The notes below the pieces were generated by a model, which was given only the letters and a program-made list of their open reading frames with translations, was not told the DNA's origin and did not search any database. Positions 46,931 to 57,896 of a stretch of 64,000 bases of DNA are shown one piece after another. The stretch's first letter is position 1. Each line of letters starts with the position of its first letter. The position numbers and the translations under genes were made by a program. Source of the stretch: Ignavibacteria bacterium (lineage in GTDB: Bacteria; Bacteroidota; Ignavibacteria; Tepidaquicellales; Tepidaquicellaceae); NCBI GenBank assembly GCA_019187405.1, contig JABAQZ010000027.1, positions 39,610 to 103,609 of the forward strand, given 5' to 3'.

Positions 46931-48316
46931 CTATTTTAATCTGTCATTACAAAGACAGTTTGTGTAATTATCTTTTTTTAAAAATGAAATTCCGCAGTAA
47001 TTGTATTTCCAGTCCCAAAGGTCTTCGGCAAAATCCCTTTCGTTGGAAGCGATGTAAAACCTTATGTAATTATTTCTGAATGTTGTATCGCTGTTAATCA
47101 AACCGAATATCTTCATTATGCTTTCAGGCGAAATGTCATTCAGACGATAAGCAGATTTAAAATCATACTGAAATCTCCATTCGGAAAAAACGGAAACGTC
47201 ATTTACCGGAAGATAATACGAATCAAAATTTATTATATTAAAGCGGGAAGTATCATAACTAAAAATTTTGTATGAAGGATTATTGTCGTAAACAGGACTA
47301 ATTGAAGGAGTAACGAGCAGATAAGAAACCGGCAGTCTTCTTTCATTTATAAAAACTCTGTAATCATCACGGTGAAAATGACCTGCAAATGCGGAGATTA
47401 TTTCATCGGAGTATTGCTCTGTTATATCAATGAACATGTTGTTATAATTTTCTTTCCAGGTATTGAAATATTTATTTTGACAATCAGCTTTCTTGTGAAT
47501 GGTCCCGTATATGTCAGCTCCGGGCGGAATATGATAAGACAAATAAACCCTGAAATTGTTTTGCCTGCATGAGTCGAGAGTATGCTTTAGCCAGTTAAGT
47601 TCATCTAATCCGGGATCAGCCGATAAATCGCCGCAGCGGTTTTCATATTTATAAGAGAAGAAAACAGTATTAAGAATAATCATCTTAAAATCTTCTTTAC
47701 CGGGAAAATTCAGCATGCAGTATCCTCCTTTTGAAAATCCGGATTTAAAATTTCCGTTGATTCCGGCTTTGTTAATCCACGGCTCCCATGTATCGGCAAG
47801 CATTTTAAGGAAATCGCCATCCGGCTCTACCATATAATTTCCGCAGTAAGCATCATCATTGCCTACGGAAGAGAAAATGGGAACATCGGAAAATTGTTTT
47901 GTAATGAATGATGCAATAAATCTCATTGTCTTTTCAATGAATCCGTTCAATCGTAAAGTGTCGTCCGTCTTTATAAAATGAAAATAATTTTCGTTAAAAT
48001 TGTGCGACATGAAATCACCGGTAATGATAATGAAGTCAGGCTTAGGGATTCTGCTTTTCATTTCCAGTAACGAAGATTTCAGGAGAGGATAGTTGCAGTC
48101 CTGTCCGTAAGTGCTGTAAGCAGTTGCAGACGAACTTTCAAAAATGTTCTCCCATTCCGTCCATGCTGAATTATCCAGCTTATAAATCAATGCGGAATCC
48201 AGAAACGGATCAAAGTGAATGTCGGAGAAGTTAAGAAACTTACCGGAAGGAACAGAACAGGGTAAATCATTCGAATGGAAAATTAAAAACAAAAGGACAA
48301 AGAAAATTTTTTTCAT
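46931..48316 (-). CDS. Calcineurin-like metallophosphoesterase (acid-sphingomyelinase-like phosphodiesterase type)
   Basis: Signal peptide, then FLNFSDIHFD, ITGDFMSHN, GNDD, and GHFHRDD. Confidence 0.75.
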   Translation of the reverse strand: MKKIFFVLLFLIFHSNDLPCSVPSGKFLNFSDIHFDPFLDSALIYKLDNSAWTEWENIFESSSATAYSTYGQDCNYPLLKSSLLEMKSRIPKPDFIIITGDFMSHNFNENYFHFIKTDDTLRLNGFIEKTMRFIASFITKQFSDVPIFSSVGNDDAYCGNYMVEPDGDFLKMLADTWEPWINKAGINGNFKSGFSKGGYCMLNFPGKEDFKMIILNTVFFSYKYENRCGDLSADPGLDELNWLKHTLDSCRQNNFRVYLSYHIPPGADIYGTIHKKADCQNKYFNTWKENYNNMFIDITEQYSDEIISAFAGHFHRDDYRVFINERRLPVSYLLVTPSISPVYDNNPSYKIFSYDTSRFNIINFDSYYLPVNDVSVFSEWRFQYDFKSAYRLNDISPESIMKIFGLINSDTTFRNNYIRFYIASNERDFAEDLWDWKYNYCGISFLKKDNYTNCLCNDRLK

Positions 48317-49001
48317 GGAGGTAAAATTTATTCAAACATAATTCATTAAAACTAATTATTCCATGTTGTTTAAAAAAACATTGGATAAGAACGGCATTTA
48401 ATATATTGCATAAAAACTAAAATTAATTTACATAAAAAATTTATAAATTAATCAATCAGCTGTCCGGGTATATGTACAATGTTTTTAATTATTTAGTAAT
48501 GGAAGGTGTGTATTAAGCGCTTCAATTCCGGTTAAATTTTACGCAAACATACTTTAGACATTTATTGTGATAATTTTTACAGGATAACAGCTCGTCTGAA
48601 TTTTAAATAAATTAATGAGAATTTTAAGAAAAAAAATTTTTCAAATTGAATTTTAGTGGGTATTTATAATTATAAAAAAGGCGGATTTTAATAAAAAAAG
48701 CGTGCTTTAATAATTTAAGAAAAAAAAAGTATGGGTATTTAAGAATAATGAATCTTTGTTTTAAATTTGTAGAATTGATAAATTAAACAACAATTCTGAG
48801 TAAGTTTTTAATATTTAAAGATTAACTCAGAATAAAAACTTTTTATTTTTCTGAGGATAAACAATTATGCGAAAATATTTTTTTAATTCAGAAAATTATT
48901 TTTCTTTTCAACCTCCATCAAGTTTTTCTAATTGCTTCATTTTAAGTAGAAAAAAAAATTTCTTAATTCGCAACACATTTTTAAACTTTAAAAAACAAAT
49001 C

Positions 49002-52000
49002 ATGAAAAAGATCTTTTCATTTTTACTGTTAGCATGGACATTGCTTTTGATTTCAAATTCAGCAATGTCACAAATAACAGTTTCTGGATCTACCGGAGCT
49101 GACGGAACTTATGCAGACCTGACAGGAGCTGCAGGTGCATTTTTTGCAATTAATAGTTCTGCTCAGACAGGAAACAATATTACAATTTCGGTAACGGCAG
49201 ATGTATTAACCGAGCCGGGACTAACGTCATTAAATGCAAATGACTGGACTACATTAACAATCTCCCCTTCCGGAGGTGCAGCAAGAACCATTTCAGGAGC
49301 GGTAGCCGGCACTTTAATTGATTTAAACGGTGCTGATAATGTTACTATTAACGGATTGAACACTGGCGGAAACAGTCTAACAATATCAAACACTGCAACC
49401 GGATCAGTTAACACAATCAGGTTTATAGCGGATGCATCAAACAATACTGTTACTAACTGCACGATATTAGGATCGACCACTTACAAAATCAGAGGAGTTA
49501 TTTTATTCAGCACAGGTTCGACAACAGGAAACGACAATAACAACATTGATAACTGTATAATAACTGCGGCAGGGAGCAATCTGCCTGTTAATGGGATCAC
49601 CTCAATAGGAACAAGTGCAGCGATTGATAACAATATGAATACCATCAATGCCTGTAACATTTCTGATTACTTCAAAGCTGATTCTATAACAAACGGAATA
49701 TTAATCGGGACAGGGAATTCCGATTGGGTAATTACAAATAACAGATTATTTCAGACAGCAAACAGAATATATACTATTGGAAATACTCATAACGGAATGA
49801 GCATAACATCCGGAAGCGGATATACAATTACCGGAAATGTCATCGGGTATGCCAATGCTTCGGGAACAGGTACTACTAACATGATAGGATTGACAACCGG
49901 AGCTCTCGGCGGGACATTCCCGAGTTCATATACTGCAGGAGGTACGGCAAATGCAACCAGATACATTGCAATCAGCTGTGCTTTTACATCAGGCGGAGCA
50001 GTTTCATCTATTCAAAACAATACAATCGGAGGTTTTGCATTATATACTTCAAGCGGCGCATCATTCTCAAACGGAATATTATGCGGAATTAACGTTACAG
50101 TCGGAAATGCAAATATCGGAAACGTAACAGGAAATACAATAAGTTCAATATATACTGTCAACACCACATCAGGCGGAGCAATAGTAGGGATTTTTGCACA
50201 GTGCTCAAGTACGGGGTCAAATTCAATAACTGTTCAAAACAATTACGTTCATTCTCTTGATGCAATGGGGAGTTCCGCTTCATCAAGTGGAAGCATAACA
50301 GGAATTAGCATAGCGAGTTCCGGGAATTTTACCGTAACAAACAATACGGTTGGAAATACAACCAATCCCAATTTAAGAATGGGAAATCTTACTGAAGCAG
50401 GAAATCTTTCCAATACAGGAAGTACATTTGGAACGGCAACAGGCATTGGAGCTTTTAGAGGTATTCTAAGCGCTGCAACATCGGTAAGCAATAATATCAA
50501 TTCAAACGTTGTCAGAAATGCATCATTGAATACGACTTCCAGTTCTACCAGTTCAGTTTTTAGAGGAATTGAGCATTCCGGCTCATCAGGTTTGACAACA
50601 ATTGCAGATAATTCCATTTCCAATTTGACTTCAGTTAGCGCAAATGTAAATCTTAATACAGCCGGACTTTCAGGTATTGGAATTCTCATAAGCGGATCGG
50701 CAACTGGTACTTCGGTTACACAAAATACAATCAGCGGATTATCATTAACTAATACAGGAACTGCCGGTACTAACGTTGCCGGAATCTCTATAGCAAATGC
50801 AAATACACTAAGTGTTTCAAAAAATATTATTTATGATATCACCAATGCAAGTACTTCAACCGGAACCACAAATCCGGGTACTGCATCCGGAATATTCATA
50901 AGAAACGGTGCAGTATCACCGATGAATATATTCAACAACATGATAACACTTGGAAACGGTCAAACAACGAATACATGTTTTGTGGGCATTTGGGGAAATC
51001 ACGGACAATCAAATAATCCTACTGTAAATATCTATTACAACACTGTTTACATTACAGGTACCGTATCTTCAGGAGCACAGCCGAGTTTTGGATATCTCAG
51101 AGGAGATCTTTCGGCAACTGCAAGAATGGTAACTGTTGATATCAGAAACAATATTTTTAACAATGACAGGACAGGCGGAACAGGTGGTCATTATGCAATT
51201 TCAAACAACTATGGTGCAACAGCAAGCACTACAGGATGGGGTTTAAATGCTTCAAACTTCAATGTGCTGAATTCTGCATCTTCATCAACTGTCGGTTACT
51301 GGAATGGTGATCAGACTTTGACAACATGGAGAACAGTTTCTTCAAGTGATGTACTCAGTCTTACAAGTATTCCTGTAACATTTACAAACATAGCCACATG
51401 TGATCTTCATATCAACATGGGATTAACTCCTACACAGCTTGAATCAGGCGGAACAGTAATTGCCGGATATACAACAGATATAGACGGACAGACAAGACCG
51501 GGTCCGGCAGGTTCAATAAACGGAGGTGCGTGGGCACCTGATTTCGGTGCAGATGAAATTGACGGTGTACCAAATGATCTTACTCCACCGCTCATTACAT
51601 ACAACCTTCTGCTCAATTCTGCATGTCTGATTTCAAGAGATCTTTCTGCAGATATATATGACGGACAGGGACTAAATACTTCACCTGGAACTAAACCGAG
51701 AGTATATTATAAAAAATCAACAAATCTGAATACTATGCCGGCTACCAATGATAATACTACAGACGGATGGAAATATGCAGAAGCAACAAACTCAAGCAGT
51801 CCTTTCAACTTTACAATAGATTACAGCATAATATTTGGCGGAGTTGCATCGGGAGATGTCCTTGAATATTTTGTAATTGCACAGGATATTAACCCAACTC
51901 CAAACGTTGGGGTAAATACAGGTAATTTTACTATAGCTCCTTCCAGCGTAGCTTTGACAGCATCAAACTTCCCTGTCAGCAGTGTAAATAGTTTCAGTTT

Positions 52001-55000
52001 TGTTTCCGGATTGAGCGGACTGGTAACAATCGGAGCAACAGGAACTTATACAACTCTTACTGATGCAGGGGGATTATTTGAAGCAATAAATACAAACGGA
52101 TTAAGCGGAAATTTAACAGCTGAAATACTTGACGCAAGCATTTCAGAGAACGGATTAACAGCACTTAACTCAATCTCTCTTGGATGCAGTGCGGGAATAA
52201 CGTTAACAATAAAACCCGCATCCGGAGTAACGACGATCTTATCGGGAAGCAATGCAAATACATTGATAGACTTGAATAGCGCCGACAATGTAATCTTTGA
52301 CGGTTCAAATAACGGCTCGAGTTCAAAAGACATGACAATAAGAAATACCGGAACCGGTGCTGCAATAAGGTTTATAAACGGAGCAACTTATGACATATTC
52401 AAAAACTGCATCATTGAAAGTCAGAATGCATCAACAACCAGTGGAACGGTATTTTTCAGCACTTCAACAGGAACAACAGGAAACAGCAACAACGAAATTT
52501 CCAATTGTGATGTTAGAGACCGTTCAGATATTGCAGGAGTACCTGCAAATGCAATCTATTCAAACGGTTCAGTAGGTAACTTAAATGCTTCAAATAAGAT
52601 CTCAGGGTGCAACGTATTTAATTATACAAATTCAGGGGTTTTGGTTGCTGCAACAGGTGCCGGTGATGGTTGGGTAATTAATCCAAGTAATTTTTATCAG
52701 ACAGCTCCAAGAACTACAAAAGTTACATTCATAGGGATTAACGGAGGAAACGGGCACTCCATTGTAAATAATTATATAGGAGGTTCCTTGCCGGGAGCAA
52801 ACGGAAGTTATTTTGCAACAACGGTTAACTTTGTTGGAATAGAACTGAATGTCGGCTCAGCTGCAGTTACAAACGTTCAAGGAAACGTAATCAGAAACAT
52901 CAGGAGCTCAAACGGATCCGGAAATCCAAGCTACGGAATAAATGCCAATTCAGGAATGATAAACTGCGGAAACATTTCCGGTAATTACATTGGATCTGCA
53001 GATACTTCTCAAAAGATTGATTTCAATTTCGGAGGATCCATGGGAATAATTTCCAGAAGTTCAAATCCTTTAAATTTCAGTAATAATACAATTAACAATA
53101 TTCACATGCCGTTTAACGTTGAAAGCTCGGGTATTATAGGCTTATATCTTGAGCAGACAGCATCTGGATCTTGTATTGTAAAAGACAATACAGTAACTAA
53201 CATGACAAACGGAAGCAGAGGCGGAAATCCTCTTTTATTAGGTCCCTCATCAATTGCAGGTATATATGTTTTTATAAAAGGAGTAAATACAATCAGCGGT
53301 AATGTAATTTCAAATATCGGCAACATACAAACACAACCGGGTGCATCTACAAATAGTGTAGTTGGTTTAGCTGTTTTACAAAGTTTAGCCGGTACAATTG
53401 TTGAGAAAAACAGGATTTCAAATTTATACGGAACAAATGCAGTTACAGGAAATAATGCAGATAATATCAGAGGAATTCTGATTACTCAACAGGCAAATGC
53501 AACCATTGTAAATAATACAATTTCTCTTGACGCAGGCTCAAATCCATCGGATAAAAAAATTGTCGGAATATCCGAAGAATGCGGTCCGACATCTACAAAT
53601 TATTATTACTATAATTCAGTAAATGTATATGGAACGAGCACAGGATCTAACAATACACATGCTTTTTCAAGAGGAGCATTCAATCAGACAAATGTAATAC
53701 TGATGAACAATTCTTTTGCAAATGTGAGAGCAGCAGCAACGGGGTCGAATATTGCACTTTCAAACGAAGTAGCTTCTCCAAACACTGCAAACGGATGGCC
53801 GTCAACTGCCTCAAACTTTAATGCAATTTATACTTTGAATGGAGCAACAGCTACAAAATGGGGAGCAAGCTTATTCGACCTTGCAGGCTTCCAGAATGTT
53901 TCAGGAGGTGATTCTTATACATTGTTCGGAAATCCGGGGTACACATCAAACACTGATTTACTTCCGGACGGAACAAATAATAACTGCTGGACTTTAAAAG
54001 GAAACGGAATGGCTATCAGTACAATAGGAAATGATATAAATAATAATTCGAGAAGTACATCAGTAGCTAACGGCGGGACAGATATCGGAGCTTATGAATT
54101 TTCTACAAGCGTTCAACCGCCAACATACACTAATACGACTCCTTCTACCGGACTTTACAAGTTCATTCATGCACAGGATACAATGGCAAATGTTGACGTA
54201 ACAACATTAGGAACGCTTGCCGATATTAATGTTCAGTATTATTCGGGTGAAAATCCTCCCGGACTTTTATATACATCTTACGTATATGGAAACGTTTACT
54301 GGGAAATTTATCCGACCAATCCTGCAAACTCAGGATACACCTATAATGTTACGCTAAGATATTCACCTGCTTTAATTGGACCAATATCAGGTGAAAGCAA
54401 TATTAAAGTTGCAAGGAATACTCTGATTGATACTCAGTACATTCCGTTTGTTGTTCAGGGTATAGGACCCGGCGAGTATCAGATAGATACTGCAAAAAAT
54501 TTGATTACGGTTTATGGTCTGACTTCATTTTCAAGATTCATACTGACAGACTCTGATGTTCCTCTTCCGGTTGAGATGGCTTCATTTACTTCAAGCGTCA
54601 AAGGAAGAGATGTCAATCTTAAATGGACAACTTCTGCCGAAACAAATAATTCGGGATTTGAAGTTGAAAGAAAAACAGAAAACGGATCATGGATGAAAGT
54701 AGGAAATGTTGCCGGTCACGGAACCACAAACAGTATTAACAATTATGCTTTCACTGATAAAAACTTAGCTACAGGTAAGTATGATTTCAGATTGAAACAG
54801 ATTGATTTCAACGGTAACTTTAATTACTTCAATTTAAGTAATGAAGTAGTGATCGGAGTACCTGATAAATTCGAATTGTCGCAAAATTATCCGAATCCGT
54901 TTAATCCTTCAACGAAAATAAATTATGCCGTACCGGTTGACGGAAAAATCAGCCTTAAGCTTTATGACATGACAGGAAGGGAAATCGCAACTCTTGTTAA

Positions 55001-55139
55001 TGATGTAAAAACGGCAGGTTATTATACGGTTACATTGAATGCTTCTAATTTAGCCAGCGGAACATATTTCTATAGAATGAATGCCGAAGGCAACGGACAA
55101 AAATTTGTTGAAACAAAGAAGATGGTTGTAATCAAATAA
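49002..55139 (+). CDS. Giant (~2045 aa) secreted beta-helix repeat surface protein with T9SS C-terminal sorting domain
   Basis: The ATG at 49002 gives the signal peptide MKKIFSFLLLAWTLLLISNSAMSQ, whereas the track start at 48867 has none. Hundreds of N/T/G/S-rich beta-helix-like repeats. C-terminus ..SQNYPNPFNPSTKINYAVP...GTYFYRMNAEGNGQKFVETKKMVVIK. Confidence 0.85.
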   Translation: MKKIFSFLLLAWTLLLISNSAMSQITVSGSTGADGTYADLTGAAGAFFAINSSAQTGNNITISVTADVLTEPGLTSLNANDWTTLTISPSGGAARTISGAVAGTLIDLNGADNVTINGLNTGGNSLTISNTATGSVNTIRFIADASNNTVTNCTILGSTTYKIRGVILFSTGSTTGNDNNNIDNCIITAAGSNLPVNGITSIGTSAAIDNNMNTINACNISDYFKADSITNGILIGTGNSDWVITNNRLFQTANRIYTIGNTHNGMSITSGSGYTITGNVIGYANASGTGTTNMIGLTTGALGGTFPSSYTAGGTANATRYIAISCAFTSGGAVSSIQNNTIGGFALYTSSGASFSNGILCGINVTVGNANIGNVTGNTISSIYTVNTTSGGAIVGIFAQCSSTGSNSITVQNNYVHSLDAMGSSASSSGSITGISIASSGNFTVTNNTVGNTTNPNLRMGNLTEAGNLSNTGSTFGTATGIGAFRGILSAATSVSNNINSNVVRNASLNTTSSSTSSVFRGIEHSGSSGLTTIADNSISNLTSVSANVNLNTAGLSGIGILISGSATGTSVTQNTISGLSLTNTGTAGTNVAGISIANANTLSVSKNIIYDITNASTSTGTTNPGTASGIFIRNGAVSPMNIFNNMITLGNGQTTNTCFVGIWGNHGQSNNPTVNIYYNTVYITGTVSSGAQPSFGYLRGDLSATARMVTVDIRNNIFNNDRTGGTGGHYAISNNYGATASTTGWGLNASNFNVLNSASSSTVGYWNGDQTLTTWRTVSSSDVLSLTSIPVTFTNIATCDLHINMGLTPTQLESGGTVIAGYTTDIDGQTRPGPAGSINGGAWAPDFGADEIDGVPNDLTPPLITYNLLLNSACLISRDLSADIYDGQGLNTSPGTKPRVYYKKSTNLNTMPATNDNTTDGWKYAEATNSSSPFNFTIDYSIIFGGVASGDVLEYFVIAQDINPTPNVGVNTGNFTIAPSSVALTASNFPVSSVNSFSFVSGLSGLVTIGATGTYTTLTDAGGLFEAINTNGLSGNLTAEILDASISENGLTALNSISLGCSAGITLTIKPASGVTTILSGSNANTLIDLNSADNVIFDGSNNGSSSKDMTIRNTGTGAAIRFINGATYDIFKNCIIESQNASTTSGTVFFSTSTGTTGNSNNEISNCDVRDRSDIAGVPANAIYSNGSVGNLNASNKISGCNVFNYTNSGVLVAATGAGDGWVINPSNFYQTAPRTTKVTFIGINGGNGHSIVNNYIGGSLPGANGSYFATTVNFVGIELNVGSAAVTNVQGNVIRNIRSSNGSGNPSYGINANSGMINCGNISGNYIGSADTSQKIDFNFGGSMGIISRSSNPLNFSNNTINNIHMPFNVESSGIIGLYLEQTASGSCIVKDNTVTNMTNGSRGGNPLLLGPSSIAGIYVFIKGVNTISGNVISNIGNIQTQPGASTNSVVGLAVLQSLAGTIVEKNRISNLYGTNAVTGNNADNIRGILITQQANATIVNNTISLDAGSNPSDKKIVGISEECGPTSTNYYYYNSVNVYGTSTGSNNTHAFSRGAFNQTNVILMNNSFANVRAAATGSNIALSNEVASPNTANGWPSTASNFNAIYTLNGATATKWGASLFDLAGFQNVSGGDSYTLFGNPGYTSNTDLLPDGTNNNCWTLKGNGMAISTIGNDINNNSRSTSVANGGTDIGAYEFSTSVQPPTYTNTTPSTGLYKFIHAQDTMANVDVTTLGTLADINVQYYSGENPPGLLYTSYVYGNVYWEIYPTNPANSGYTYNVTLRYSPALIGPISGESNIKVARNTLIDTQYIPFVVQGIGPGEYQIDTAKNLITVYGLTSFSRFILTDSDVPLPVEMASFTSSVKGRDVNLKWTTSAETNNSGFEVERKTENGSWMKVGNVAGHGTTNSINNYAFTDKNLATGKYDFRLKQIDFNGNFNYFNLSNEVVIGVPDKFELSQNYPNPFNPSTKINYAVPVDGKISLKLYDMTGREIATLVNDVKTAGYYTVTLNASNLASGTYFYRMNAEGNGQKFVETKKMVVIK

Positions 55140-55163
55140 ATTTTATTAAGATATAAAATCATA

Positions 55164-55196
55164 AATCCGGGAAGTATATGCTTCCCGGATTTTTTA
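55164..55196 (+). terminator. Rho-independent terminator of the giant gene
   Basis: AATCCGGGAAG-tatatg-CTTCCCGGATT followed by TTTTT. Confidence 0.8.
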
Positions 55197-55265
55197 TATA
55201 AAATTAATATTCAAAATATTTTTGCAATAACGAGATCAAAAAACCATTCAAATTGAAATAACAAA

Positions 55266-57761
55266 ATGATAAAAATCTTTAAATTATTTGCGCTGTTTAT
55301 TTTTGTCGGAATTCTGTTCCGGGATTTATATTCACAGCAAAATACAAACGGCTGGTACTGGGTAAACAGTCAGCCTCAAAGCAACAATCTTAACTGGGTG
55401 AAACAAATGGATGCTGCAACTTATTATGCAGTTGGGGCAAACGGAACTTTTATGAAGTCAACCGACGGCGGAGACAGCTGGCTGATAAATACTCAAGCAG
55501 GAGTATTGGATCCAATGTTTGGGTCGGGTGGAACTTTTGTATTATACACAGCCTGGTTTTTCAATGCAAATACGGGAATAGTGGGAGGTCAGTCAGTTAA
55601 CGGTGATGGCGGTATTATAAGAAGAACAACCGACGGCGGAACAACTTTTTTTGATATAAATCTTGGATTGTCTTCGGGTTTATCAAGAGTTAAAGACATA
55701 ACTTTTTTAAATTCAACAACCGGATTTTTATGTGGTAACAATACAGTACAGGCAATGAAAACTACAGATGCAGGTTTGACATGGACTATGTTGCCTAACT
55801 TACCAATGAATTCATATAATTTTAACTGCATTTATGTTAAAGATGAAAACAATATTTTACTCGGGGTGGAAGCTGATGGAAGCAGCAGAAATATTATGAG
55901 AACTACTAACGGCGGAGCGGTATGGTTTGATGATCTTCTTCCCGGTTCCGGAACAATTTCCATAAATGATATTGAATTTTTGAATGTAACTACCGGGTAT
56001 GCAGGCGGAAACAGAAATTATTTTGCTTATACTACTGACGGAGGCATTAGCTGGACACAACGTACTTATCCTAATACTAACAACGGAATTTATAAACTCA
56101 AAATTGCCGGAAGCACTTTGTATGCTCTAAGTTCATATTATACATATTATAATACATCAAATTCCGGTTTAACCTGGGATTCAGTCAGATTTGATGACCT
56201 TTCAAATTTTGATCAGCCGTTTCCTTATATTGTGACTGATTTTGACTTTTACGGAAACGATGTTATTGTTGTAGGGTACTTCGGAAAAATTAATATCTCT
56301 AATGATGCCGGAGCTTCATGGAGAAACAAAAATTACTCAGTTGGAAATTGCAATTATACTTTCTCATCTATACAAGCATTGCCAGGAACAGGTCAGGTTT
56401 GGGCCGGATCTAACGGTGGAGGAAAGATCCTTTATTCTACAAACAGTGGTGCAAACTGGATTATTTATTCAACCGGTGCTCAAGAAGCAATATATGATAT
56501 TGAAATGAAAAATTCATTTACCGGATATGCTACAGGTGGAAATGCTTTCAGCTCTGTAGGTTATTGTTATAAAACTACAAACAGCGGAATTAACTGGACT
56601 TCATTATCAATTCCTACTCCATATTATCAAATGAATGATGCTTCTTTTATAGATGTAAACACAGGCTGGATAGTAGGAGGAATGCCGTTTAATTCCGGAA
56701 GCGAAATTTCAAAAACAACCGACGGCGGTTTAACATGGACCAGTCAGGTAACGACGCCTTTATTTTTTAGCGCTTTTGGTGTAATAGAAATGGCAAATGC
56801 AAACACCGGGTATCTTTCAAGCGGATCAAATGTCTGGAAAACAACTAACGGCGGCACAAACTGGAATATGCTGACCGTAACTCCTTCAGCTTCGTGGAAT
56901 GCAATAAAGGCATTTTCGGAAAACAATGTTTATTTTGGAGGAGGACAAAGGATTAATAAAACTACTGACGGAGGAGTAACATGGACATCCGTGTCTTTTC
57001 TTTCTTCTTTAGCTAATTTGTTTTCTATGGACTGGACTGATCAGGATAACGGAACAGTCGTAGGAACCGCAGGTTATACGGCAAAAACTAAAGACGGAGG
57101 TTTAACATGGATAGAAAGAAATCCGGGCTCATCAACAATTACCGGTGTATCAATGGTAACTGCTGATACAGTCTATGCAGTTTGTGACAGAAACGTTTGG
57201 GGTGCCGTTTTTAAACTTATTGATCCGAGTTCATTTAACGTAAATTTGACGGTAGGAATAGAAGGATTCTGGAATGGATCGTTACAGGTAACCGATACCG
57301 TAAAATGTCATTTGAGAAATGAGTCATCACCTTATGCAGAAGTTGCTTCATCAACAAAAGTGTTAAACAATACAGGGTCCGGCACGTTTACATTCATCGG
57401 TGTTCCGTCCGGAAATTATTACTTGGAAATTACACATAGAAATTCGATTGAAACATGGAGTGCAAATCCTCAGATAATAACAGTTGGCGGAACACATAAT
57501 TACAATTTTACATCAGCTGCCTCGCAAGCATACGGAAATAATCAGATTTTCAAAATAAACAGATACTGCATATTCAGCGGAAATGCAAATCAGGATGAAG
57601 TTGTAGATGGAACAGACGGATTACTTATTGATAATGATGCTGCTAATTTCGCGACAGGATATCTGGTTACCGATATAAACGGAGATGAAATTATCGACGG
57701 CAGTGATTCGGCTATTACAGATAACAATTCATCAAATTTTGTTTCTGTAGTAAGACCATAA
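55266..57761 (+). CDS. BNR/Asp-box (Ycf48/sortilin-like) multi-propeller protein with C-terminal dockerin-like repeats
   Basis: About 13 copies of (S/T)T(D/N)GGxxW (STDGGDSW, TTDGGTTF, TTDAGLTW, TTNGGAVW, ...). The C-terminus has two Ca-binding-like repeats: NANQDEVVDGTDGLLIDND and DINGDEIIDGSDSAITDNN. Confidence 0.75.
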   Translation: MIKIFKLFALFIFVGILFRDLYSQQNTNGWYWVNSQPQSNNLNWVKQMDAATYYAVGANGTFMKSTDGGDSWLINTQAGVLDPMFGSGGTFVLYTAWFFNANTGIVGGQSVNGDGGIIRRTTDGGTTFFDINLGLSSGLSRVKDITFLNSTTGFLCGNNTVQAMKTTDAGLTWTMLPNLPMNSYNFNCIYVKDENNILLGVEADGSSRNIMRTTNGGAVWFDDLLPGSGTISINDIEFLNVTTGYAGGNRNYFAYTTDGGISWTQRTYPNTNNGIYKLKIAGSTLYALSSYYTYYNTSNSGLTWDSVRFDDLSNFDQPFPYIVTDFDFYGNDVIVVGYFGKINISNDAGASWRNKNYSVGNCNYTFSSIQALPGTGQVWAGSNGGGKILYSTNSGANWIIYSTGAQEAIYDIEMKNSFTGYATGGNAFSSVGYCYKTTNSGINWTSLSIPTPYYQMNDASFIDVNTGWIVGGMPFNSGSEISKTTDGGLTWTSQVTTPLFFSAFGVIEMANANTGYLSSGSNVWKTTNGGTNWNMLTVTPSASWNAIKAFSENNVYFGGGQRINKTTDGGVTWTSVSFLSSLANLFSMDWTDQDNGTVVGTAGYTAKTKDGGLTWIERNPGSSTITGVSMVTADTVYAVCDRNVWGAVFKLIDPSSFNVNLTVGIEGFWNGSLQVTDTVKCHLRNESSPYAEVASSTKVLNNTGSGTFTFIGVPSGNYYLEITHRNSIETWSANPQIITVGGTHNYNFTSAASQAYGNNQIFKINRYCIFSGNANQDEVVDGTDGLLIDNDAANFATGYLVTDINGDEIIDGSDSAITDNNSSNFVSVVRP

Positions 57762-57896
57762 AGAAATAATTAAAAAGAAATCTGTTTTTATTAATCTGCA
57801 ATCCCCTGTTTTCAGTAAGTTTTGTTTCAATCACTGCAAAAGCTTGTCAGATATAGGTTGATTTTTATATTGGGTGTCCGGCTGTATTTTAATTTA

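Noticed and set aside
48867-49001. Track start of the giant surface protein at 48867
   Set aside because: The first 45 codons are low-complexity AT-rich translation. The Met at 49002 starts a canonical signal peptide.
49163-53326. Several 60-146-aa minus-strand ORFs inside the giant gene
   Set aside because: These are antisense shadows of a repetitive, compositionally biased coding region and have no independent features.
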